From NCBI GenBank assembly GCA_964057225.1, contig OZ059895.1, positions 9,052,001 through 9,116,000 of the forward strand: a stretch of DNA of 64,000 nt, given 5' to 3'. The first letter of the stretch is position 1, and each line of letters opens with the position of its first letter. This document shows positions 51,123 to 62,100 of the stretch, one piece after another. The notes beneath the pieces were generated by a model that saw nothing but the letters and a program-made list of their open reading frames with translations, was not told the DNA's origin and made no database searches. This DNA is from Auanema rhodensis. Its lineage: Eukaryota; Animalia; Nematoda. Both the position numbers and the translations under genes were made by a program.

Positions 51123-53108
51123 AAAAAAGAGAGATTGAGAGAGAGAGAGATTGAGAGAGAGAGGGGAGATAGAAAATCGAATATGGGTTTTGAAATCAAA
51201 ATAAAAGGAAATTATGAAAACTTAAGGTTTTGTGAAAACTTTACAATGCTTTCAAACGTTTGATGATTGTGACATGTCGACTTAAAGCTCACCAATACAC
51301 GCACCAGACCTAAACGATGCATGTATCTCAGTAGGCAGCTGCTGAAAGTGGAGAAGAGAAACACTCCTCTCCTCATATCTATCCCTCTTTCTTCTCAAAA
51401 AGAATGTGGTTAAACAAAAGAAGAAGAAGAAGAAGAAGAAGAATTGATGTGAAGATGCATGGGTTTAGCTGTAAAATTTGTCATAATTCTTCCTTTTGCT
51501 CCTGAAGCTTTATAAGAATAAATTGACGTAATAGAATAAATTAATTGAAAAGAAAGATTTTTGTGATTAACGTTTGGAAATTAAGGAAAATTGGAAAACA
51601 AGAATGAAATTAACATGAAAAGCCTATCAAAGACTTAGAACGATTAGTCTAACTTCAAAAGGAAGGGGAAGTTTCAATTGATAAATGAACAGACTATAGT
51701 TACCAAAATAAGAAAGATAAATATAGAAAAAAATAGAAAAAAAACCAGACAATGATAAAGTGTGTTAGTTTTAGTAGTTGCAGCAAAAAAAGTGAAACGC
51801 GGCTTATTTCAGTATTGCCTCATCCGTTATGATCAAGATCAGAAAGCTTTGATGTTAGAGATAGAGGGAGCGGGAGGACGCACGTCTTGACCATCTATGG
51901 TAATGGATGAGATGTTCACTCTCTCTTATTTCAGTTATGTCTTTCTCTTTTTCCCTCAGATGTCTCACGAAGAGAAGATGAAGCTTCATAGTCATTTTGC
52001 TGCTTGTGACCATTGCTGTCTTTATGGGATGGACAGCACTAACGAATGGCAATCCAATACGGAAATAGATATGAACAAATTGGAATCTCATCGTAATAGA
52101 AAGAGAAGTAGACACAAAAAAATAATTTTTTTTAAAAGAAATAAGGAAAACTCTTTGAAATATAAAATAAAACTAATTGATTTAATGTAAAAACGCAGAA
52201 AGATAAACGAAACCGCTTCAACCGACTTATCAAGTTTGAGGATTAAACTATGCTGATTCAAAGAAATTGCGTGCACTGTCTATATCATTGCATAACTTCT
52301 TCACAACTATATCATCATTGAGCATATCAGACCCAGTTTGAGAGAAACACAACACGGTTTTACAGAAAATAGGACACAATGACTACGCAAGGACGAAATC
52401 GCTGCGGGACCACAGAAAAGTAAGGAAGAATGAAAACAATATGCGGGAATGATCATTTGGACGAAAAGCCCTAGAGATCATTTCATGACATGCACAGCGA
52501 AGACGCGTACACGACATCAGATAGAAGACAAAGAATTTAAAAGAGAAAAAGAGAAAAAAAAGTGAATAAGACAAGAATTTTTTAAATTTCGCACTAGTTA
52601 TATATACAAAAATATAAAGAAATATGTGAATTATTAAAAAAACTAATTAAAATATTATTTATTCAACAACATAATTTATAAAATAATAACTGAATATTAT
52701 TTATTTTTAAATAAAAAAAAAGAATATTTGATGAATCAATTAGCATAACAATTTAAGTTTTATAAACAGCTGCTATTCTTTCTTTTCTTTTCTACTTAAA
52801 TCGATACGATCAAAGAATTAGAAGAAGAAATGAAAACGATTATTGACAATTTTTGAAAGTTCAAAAAAGGTTTTTTAGATTATAATCTTTTAAATTTTTT
52901 TTCAAATCTTTTTTTTTTTTAATTTAATAGAAGAAAAAATTAATTTAATATAAAAGAATTTATCATTTTAGGTAAAATTCTTTATATTCTTCTCGATTTA
53001 AACGAACACTGTCACTTCTTCCATCTTGGGTTTTTAATTTCTGTGAACTCTTTGAAGTAGCCGGCGGGTCGTTTAGTGTTAACCAACAGTTAACTTCAAA
53101 GATGCCGC
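50663..53108. promoter_or_regulatory. cluster of TCF/POP-1-type sites upstream of Axin
   Basis: CTTTGA(A/T) on either strand at 50664, 50915, 51626, 51847, 52153, 52257, 52809, 53050 and 53095; some flanked by GC-rich helper-like sites. Confidence 0.65.
51011..51170. repeat. (GA)n microsatellite within a purine-rich tract
   Basis: Pure GA run at 51065-51119 inside a degenerate GA-rich tract. Confidence 0.95.
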
Positions 53109-53813
53109 AGAGATATGGCTGTCCTCGTAGTCATGGTCATCTATTCCATCAATGTTTGAAATTTGTCAAGTTTAAAAGAAAAAAAAAGAAGGAAAAACTG
53201 GCAATCATAACTGCTTAAGAGAAGAAAAAGTATTCAATCAAACTAACTATAAGAACTTATACAACTTGTTTATATATTTATTTATTTTATTATTTATACT
53301 TTAATTAATTGATTATTAATTTTTATTTTTAAATTATAAAACTTGGTACATAACGGATTATGATACGCTATTCCATTGGCCTATAGTATCGTTTTAGTGA
53401 ATGTTCATTTACCTTTTTCTTTACTCATCAGTAATTAGAGACAAGCTAATGGATGGCTCCAGTACGAAAAGAGACAAGGGGCATATGACGCAACCAATCC
53501 TCTCAGGTCTCTTGGCTCTCTTCTGACCGACCACATTCGACCGAACGCAACAGGTTTGAACTGGTTGCGCTGTTGTCTTTACTCTCTTAAGTACATGAGA
53601 TAGTATATCTAAATAAGAGAGACAAGGATGTTAAAGAAATGCTCAATTCAAAAGTTGACCTGGTCTGACCGCTGATGACCTCACAACATCAGGGTTGGTC
53701 AGTTTTTTCACCAAAAGAATCTACCATTCCTCCATCATATCTATATCTCTGAATCTCTTTATCCTAAACTTTTGACAAGTCGTTTCAAAATTGTTTTTCT
53801 TCAGATTTCGACA

Positions 53814-54323
53814 ATGACATCAGCATTTGAAACATTGATGGCCGGCCAATCGTTCAGTGAAGCGTTTCAAAACATCAAGAATGAACTGTAAGCTTGAATT
53901 TTTTCTGATCTCATCTGCGATATTCATGTTTTCATAATGTCTTTTAAGATCAAGCTTAAGAGCAACATCAGTAACATCAAATAGTTCAGAAGAAGATAAA
54001 GTTGTCAGTGAAAAGAAGGTTTTCTTTAACTATAATTTATATTAAATTTTATATTAATTTAGTTAGATTATATGGAAAAAAGAAGAAGAAATAATGATTC
54101 AGCTAGAAGATCTCGTGAAGTTCGACGTGTTCGAGAACAAAAAACCCGAGAGAAAATGGAGGTAATATTCATATAAATTTATATTTTTTTATAATTTTAA
54201 TTATATTTTAAGGAATTAGAAAAAGAAAATTTATTATTACAAAGTCAAATAGCACTCTTACGAATGGAATATAATCAATTGGTTTTATTATTAGTTGCTC
54301 AACAAACTTCTAAAACAACTTAA
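53814..54323 (+). CDS. small bZIP transcription factor (PAR/NFIL3/CEBP-like basic region), copy A
   Basis: TTCTTCAG acceptor then ATG; 4 exons: MTSAFETLMAGQSFSEAFQNIKNEL SSLRATSVTSNSSEEDKVVSEKK LDYMEKRRRNNDSARRSREVRRVREQKTREKME ELEKENLLLQSQIALLRMEYNQLVLLLVAQQTSKTT*; AATAAA at 54378. Confidence 0.9.
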
Positions 54324-54517
54324 TTCATCTTTTATTTATTTATTTATTGATCTCTTTATTTATTGTATTTTTAATTTAATAAAATGTTTTATCCTTTTTT
54401 ATTTTTATTATTATTTCTAAATATATTTATTTTTTTTTTGAAATTAATATGAAAATCAGAAACATCTGTTGCCAGAACACCTAGTATGAAAAGGTTATAT
54501 CTAAAAATAATTATATA

Positions 54518-54548
54518 TAAACAAACAAACAAACAAACAAACAAACAA
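54518..54548. repeat. (AAAC)n microsatellite in the palindrome spacer
   Basis: About 7-8 tandem AAAC units. Confidence 0.9.
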
Positions 54549-54788
54549 ATATGAATATTATTCTTATTTCAATTATTTTTAATAAAAATTCAAAAACTAA
54601 AAACTTTATTTGATTGAAGTTTAAGTTTAAAATTATTAAAAATTCTGTTATCAATACGTATTTTTTAATTTTTTTAAGTTTTTAAAGAAAAAATTAAATA
54701 ATAATAAAAATAAAAAAGGATAAAACATTTTATTAAATTAAAAATACAATAAATAAAGAGATCAATAAATAAATAAATAAAAGATGAA

Positions 54789-55298
54789 TTAAGTTGTTTT
54801 AGAAGTTTGTTGAGCAACTAATAATAAAACCAATTGATTATATTCCATTCGTAAGAGTGCTATTTGACTTTGTAATAATAAATTTTCTTTTTCTAATTCC
54901 TTAAAATATAATTAAAATTATAAAAAAATATAAATTTATATGAATATTACCTCCATTTTCTCTCGGGTTTTTTGTTCTCGAACACGTCGAACTTCACGAG
55001 ATCTTCTAGCTGAATCATTATTTCTTCTTCTTTTTTCCATATAATCTAACTAAATTAATATAAAATTTAATATAAATTATAGTTAAAGAAAACCTTCTTT
55101 TCACTGACAACTTTATCTTCTTCTGAACTATTTGATGTTACTGATGTTGCTCTTAAGCTTGATCTTAAAAGACATTATGAAAACATGAATATCGCAGATG
55201 AGATCAGAAAAAATTCAAGCTTACAGTTCATTCTTGATGTTTTGAAACGCTTCACTGAACGATTGGCCGGCCATCAATGTTTCAAATGCTGATGTCAT
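54789..55298 (-). CDS. small bZIP transcription factor, copy B (mirror of copy A)
   Basis: Mirror image of 53814-54323; ATG at 55298, TAA ending at 54789. Confidence 0.88.
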
Positions 55299-55849
55299 TG
55301 TCGAAATCTGAAGAAAAACAATTTTGAAACGACTTGTCAAAAGTTTAGGATAAAGAGATTCAGAGATATAGATATGATGGAGGAATGGTAGATTCTTTTG
55401 GTGAAAAAACTGACCAACCCTGATGTTGTGAGGTCATCAGCGGTCAGACCAGGTCAACTTTTGAATTGAGCATTTCTTTAACATCCTTGTCTCTCTTATT
55501 TAGATATACTATCTCATGTACTTAAGAGAGTAAAGACAACAGCGCAACCAGTTCAAACCTGTTGCGTTCGGTCGAATGTGGTCGGTCAGAAGAGAGCCAA
55601 GAGACCTGAGAGGATTGGTTGCGTCATATGCCCCTTGTCTCTTTTCGTACTGGAGCCATCCATTAGCTTGTCTCTAATTACTGATGAGTAAAGAAAAAGG
55701 TAAATGAACATTCACTAAAACGATACTATAGGCCAATGGAATAGCGTGGAATAGTTGACCTAAAATTTCATATTTTTGATAATATGGCTCAATATTGTTT
55801 CTATTCCGTTGATTGATGTTTGTATCTCTTATAAAGACTTGCTGACAGA

Positions 55850-55921
55850 TCCTCGGTAGTATAGTGGTGAGTATCCGCGTCTGTCACATGCGAGACCCGG
55901 GTTCAATTCCCGGCCGGGGAG
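55850..55921 (+). tRNA. tRNA-Asp(GUC)
   Basis: 72 nt; acceptor stem TCCTCGG/CCGGGGA, D arm AGTATAGTGGTGAGTAT, anticodon loop CTGTCAC, T loop GGTTCAATTCC; T4 terminator 4 nt downstream. Confidence 0.97.
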
Positions 55922-56128
55922 AATCTTTTGCGTTTTTGATATTCGAGTTTTACTGCATTTATATTAGTTTACATGTTAGACTGATAGGAGAAAAGTAAAG
56001 TGAATATAATTTTTAAAACATTTATTAATAAATTAAAATATAAAACATTAAATGGAAAAAAAAATGGAAGATCAAATTATACCAGCATTAGAAAAAATAT
56101 TTTGTTATTCAATTCAAAATATTTTATT

Positions 56129-59100
56129 TTAACCAAAGAAATCATCCTAAAAATAAAATATTTTTAAAAAAGAAAATAAATTTGTAAACAAACATCATCA
56201 TCATCATCATATTCTTTATTTGTTGGTTGATATATGGATGATATACGTGGCAAACGTTGATGTTGTGTTGTATCCTATAAACAAGTTAATTATATAATTA
56301 TAATTAATATAATTAATAAACTTCATGTTCAAATACATTATTTGAAGATGGACTAAAATAACTTTTACTATTATATTCTTTTTCTAATTGATCAAGAATA
56401 TATTTAGAAGTTATAATAGGTGGTGGAAGACGTGATGATTGTCTAAAATAACATTAACTATATGTATATAGTTAATAATTAAAAATTACCTTTCTAATTC
56501 ATTATTTGTATCAGAAGTATTTGGTTTAAACTCATCATTCTAAAAAAAAATTAATTATTATAATTATAATAAATATTTACAATTGAATTGTTAAATGTTC
56601 TTCTTCTTATATTTGGATGATTCTGATTCCGTACAGCTGTTCGATAAATATTTCTTTCTTGTTCTTCTTGTTTTCGAAATGATTTACAACATAATATTCT
56701 TGAAAATAGTTTATAACTATATGATATAGTATATTTTCTTTAACATACCTATCTCTATAAAAATAGAAAACGATACCCAATCCAATAAGTATAATAGCTA
56801 TACCAACTCCAATGATTACACCAGTTAAAACAGAAATTCCTTTCTTAGCTGGTTTTATCTTAATTATTTTTATATTTTATTATTATTATTAATATTAATA
56901 TTATTACCACTGGTGCACATGAGAATATTCCAGCATATCCTTTAACTGCTTGACAATTCTGATTTGTATCACATGAAGATAATAACTATAATATTTATAT
57001 ATTTAATTATATTAATATAGTTAAAACTTACTTGAGGTGAACATGAACTAGACATTCGACATGTTGGAGCTGTATCAACTGATGGACATGGTACACAAAA
57101 TGTTTTATTATATTCCATCTTAATTATAAAAATTAAATTATAAATATTATATAATTAACTTGATATGTTCCCTGTCCACATAGTATACAGATAGCAGCAA
57201 AAATAGTATTTGGTGGAACAGGAACAACTACAGTTGGAGATACTTGTGTATTTGGTGGACACCAAGGAATATCACAATCAGCAAGATATTTACTTCCACG
57301 AGAATATGTAAGTAATCCAATAGGACAGTTATAACATGGAGCTAATGTTGTATTCTTAATATATACATATAGTATAATATTATAATTATAATTATATTTA
57401 CTTTAAATGTTCCAATTGGACATGGTTGACAGTTAATTCCATTCAAATCAAACTCATATCCAGCTGAGCATGTTAATGAACAATCTAATACATTAGTTGC
57501 TCCCTTTAAATAAATAAAAATATTATTTATATGTAATATACTATATTTAATATAATTATAAGATATGTATATTATCAAAATTCAAAAATAACATCCAGAT
57601 TAAGTTAAATCGCACTGAAATGCTCCAGACATGATAAAGGACACCTAGTTCAAAATCATAAAATTTAAAAAAAAAGTTTTTTTAAAGTTTTTAAACATAT
57701 ACATATATGTATGTATATATATATAATATATAATATATAATAAAACTTACAGTAATTGGTGTACTTGTATAGATTGGACAACCAAAACATTCACTTCTAC
57801 CTTCATATGGTTGAAATGTTCCTGCTGGGCAATGAATACATCCTACAGTTTTATTAGCATAATAGCTTCCTATTTGACATTTATCTTTAAAAAATAATAA
57901 ATAAATTATAAAATTATATGATAAAACTAGAATATATACCGTAACATTGAGAATATTGTGTTGCACGTGTTAATATGCCTGTAGTTAATCCTTCAGGACA
58001 ATTATCACATTTATAAAGATTAGAAGAAGATAAATTTCTAAATTATGTTAATTATATAATAAAAGTTTTTAATTTTCTTTTAAACCTATATGTATCAATA
58101 GGACAATCAGTACATTCTTGTGTTTCTTGTTTAAGATATGTTCCTGCTGGACAATTAGCTATAAATATATAAATATTATAATTAAAATACTAATTATCAT
58201 AGATTACCACATGAAAAGTTGTCTCCAATAATAGATGTTACTGGATGTGAAGCTGAGCAATTAAACAATGAACTTATGCTTGTAGATCCATTAGGAAATT
58301 GAAGTTTAACACTTTGATCAACTGGTGCTGATAACATTTTTCTTGTATTACTATAATATAAAAATTAATATAAATTAATAATAATAATAATAATACTTTA
58401 AAAGTATTTCATAAGTGAAATATTGAGGTGAAATATCCCGTTTACTTCTATTTCCCGTCATATTACATAATGGTTCTATTATAATTTGATTTGTGCAATT
58501 ATCAATACAATATTCTGATATATCATTATATAAAGTCATATATAATTCATTAAATATCTAAAAATTATTATAATTAATAGAAATAAATAAAAAAAAAATA
58601 AAAATACTTGTTCACAATTCCCATGAGCATCAAGAGATCCATTTATAACCTGTAATGGTGAAGCTGTATTACCACATGTTGGAAATGTATATTGAACATT
58701 AGGATTCATCCAATTATCACGATCCCATTGACCCTATTAGAATTAATTTATTATAATATATTTATAATTTAATTATATATTATACCATATCATCACATGT
58801 AAAAAAATTAGGATTTTTTGTTTTATAATACTCGTCATCACAATTGATAAATGCAGCTAAATGACTATTTGTTCCATTTATACTTCGTTTATATACTTTT
58901 CCTTGTATCTATATAAATATAATAATAATAATATTAATTATTTTAATATAGTTGAGTATAATTACCTGAGAATCATCTGTATTTCTACAATCCATTGGAG
59001 TAATTGTTAAATCAAATTCACATGTAGCTGTATTACCAGCTTCATCTGATGCTACATAAACTATATGATATATTCCCCTATAATATATATTTTTATTTGA

Positions 59101-62100
59101 TTTTTTCAATTTATTATTTCAATTACCAATTAAATGATTGACCAGATCGATAATTACTAATGACTGAAGATACACCTACATTATCATAAAACATATTTAC
59201 AGTAGACCAATTAACTGTTGTTAAACGATTTTTACTTATTATTCTCATAGAATCTGGACAATTTACAACAACTGGAGGTATTTTATCTGTAAATTATTAT
59301 TTTTTTTAAATAAATAAACAAATAAATATGTAAATACCTGTATCATTACATGATGGTCGTCCAGGAAGACAGTTTGATGTAAGACATATACCTGGTACAA
59401 TTGTTTTAATTGCAGGATTATCTCTTTGAACAGTTGTGAAGTTTGGCCAATTAATAATTAAATCAAGATGTCCTTAAATATGAAATTTAGATTATATCAT
59501 ATAAGTTAAAATATAGAGAGAAAGTAAGAGAGAGAGAGAGAGAGAGACCTGTATTCCATTTGGTACATTCAAATGCCATTTCAGCAATTTCAGCATCAGT
59601 TAAACGTGATGAATATAACTATATACATATAATTAAAATAATAAAAATACATGATAAAACCTGTATTAAACTGATAATTCCTTCAAATGATCCATAAGGA
59701 TCAAGTTTTATTAAATATTGATATAATTTACTTTCAGGTAAAATATTATTAGCAGCTTCTTTTACAAGACTACCATCAACAAAATAACTCCAAATATATC
59801 TAAATTATAATTTATAATTGTAATTATAATAGTTAGTAATATACTTATCATCACTATTATAATCTGGACTTCTTAAACATATCTAAATTATTTTATTTAT
59901 ATTAATTATATATTATTATTTATAATTACCTGATGCCATACAAGTGTTGAAATTGATTGAGATATGAAACGTTCTTGATCTAATAAAACTCCTTGATTAT
60001 CAATTTGTATAACTAATTGTGATCTTAATTATATAAATTATAGATATATATATTATATATAAAATATATTTACGGTGAAGTATTGGCTACAATAGCAACA
60101 AAGGCTGGAAAGAAATCTGTTGATTTACTAAACTTTGATGGAGCATATTGAACCCAACCACATAATGTAAATTCTCTTAAATATTTTATAATAATTTATA
60201 TTTAATATAACTTATACCTATATAATGATGTATTTAACATACGTGATACAATTTGTTGTGTTGATTTATAATTATTAAAAACTAAATTAAATGATGTTGA
60301 TAAATCTAAAATATATAATTATATAATTATATAAATATATTTAATTAACCTGTTTGACAATATTCTCCAGTAAAACTACTTAAACATACACAATATGAAG
60401 TATTATGTTCAGTAATACAATGTCCTCCGTTTTGACATATTATATCATCACATGATGACTAAATATTATATTATTATTATTAATAATAATATAATTAGTA
60501 TAGTTAGCATAGTTAATTTAAATTATAAAAATAAATAAATGAAACACACTTGTGTTATATCACAATGATCACCAATAAAGCCATGTGAACATATACATTT
60601 AGGAATTGTATTAGTAATAGCACAAACACCATGCAAACATGTCCAACTGTCACAAGGATTCTATTAAAAAACAGATAATTTTTATGTTAATTATATTAAT
60701 TATTATTAAAGATCTTACATAGTTAGTCTCACAATGAACTCCTGTATAGTTAGCAAAACATAGACAAGATGGTGTTAATGTATTTGGAGAATATGTACAA
60801 TTTCCATGATAACATTTCCATGAAACACAAGGATTCTTAATATTAATTTCTATATTATTTCTAATTATTATATTAATTATTATTATATAAATAATATATA
60901 AATATACTAACATCTTCTCTTTCACAATATTTTCCACTATATCCATCAAAGCATTTACATTGTTGCTTATCATCATCATTATCATAAACACATGTTCCAT
61001 TATTACAATTCAAATTACATATATTCTATAATTTATATAATTTGTATAATATATATTAATAAAAATTTTACTTGTTCACAATGAAGTCCCGTATTATTTG
61101 GATTACAAAGACATTTTGCATCATTTTTCGAATCAATGATACATGTTCCACCATTTTCACATTTTATATTTGAACATTCATTCAATTCGCAATTATGTCC
61201 ATGAAATTCTAAAATGAATTGAAATTTTAAGAATTATTTCCAACGATAATACCCGGTTTACATGTACAAGTATATCCATTTTCATTAAGTTCATTACATG
61301 TTCCACCATTTAAACATGGATTAAACTGGCAATATGATATAAGTTGAGTACAATTACCATTTGAATCAGTATAATAATTTGAATTGCATAAACAAATATA
61401 ACTTTCTCCAACAATATCAATGCATTTTCCATTATTACATGTATTTACATTACATATTGTTGGTGGAATTTCACAAAAAGTACCTATAATTATGATAATT
61501 AATAATAAAAATTATATTTTATACCTGAATAGTTATCAGTACAGTGACAATCCCAATTAGTAGAATATAAACTACATGTTCCTTTATAACATGGACTAAA
61601 ATCAGGTGAACATATAGTTTCAATTGATATCTATAATTCATATAATTGATAAACTTAAGAAAATTCGGATTTTATCGGTTTTATGCCACTTGCCCTTTGA
61701 AGTTCAATCTAAAGACGGATCCATAAGGCATAAAGCCGATAAGATCCGTGAATTCAAATATACTAACTTCACAATTCTCTCCACTATAACCTTCATCACA
61801 TTTACAGAATTTTCCATTTGCATATGGCATACATTGACCATGTCCAGAGCATTTTTCCCCATCACAATATGATTTATAAGAAAGACATGAACATGTATCT
61901 CCTGACCATGCTTTAGGACAATCACAATGATATGTCATAGATCCATTTAAATAAGAAGCTTAATTATATTTTTTTTAATATATATATATAGTTAGAATAA
62001 TAATATACTTACATACAACACATTTACCATTAGAACATAATGAATTTTTTGAATATGAACTTGATAAACATGCAGTTGAAACACTACATGTTTGCCCAAT

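Larger units (their letters stand above)
53365..55747. repeat. long inverted repeat: arms 53365-54416 and 54696-55747 (1052 bp each), 279-bp spacer
   Basis: The right arm is the reverse complement of the left; equal lengths and no mismatch seen in the segments compared by eye. Confidence 0.97.

Noticed and set aside
51855-52574. Short ORFs upstream of Axin
   Set aside because: No splice structure or protein motifs; better explained as regulatory DNA.
53365-55747. Palindrome as a DNA or foldback transposon
   Set aside because: No transposase, no target-site duplication at the outer ends, and the arms consist of an intron-containing host gene.
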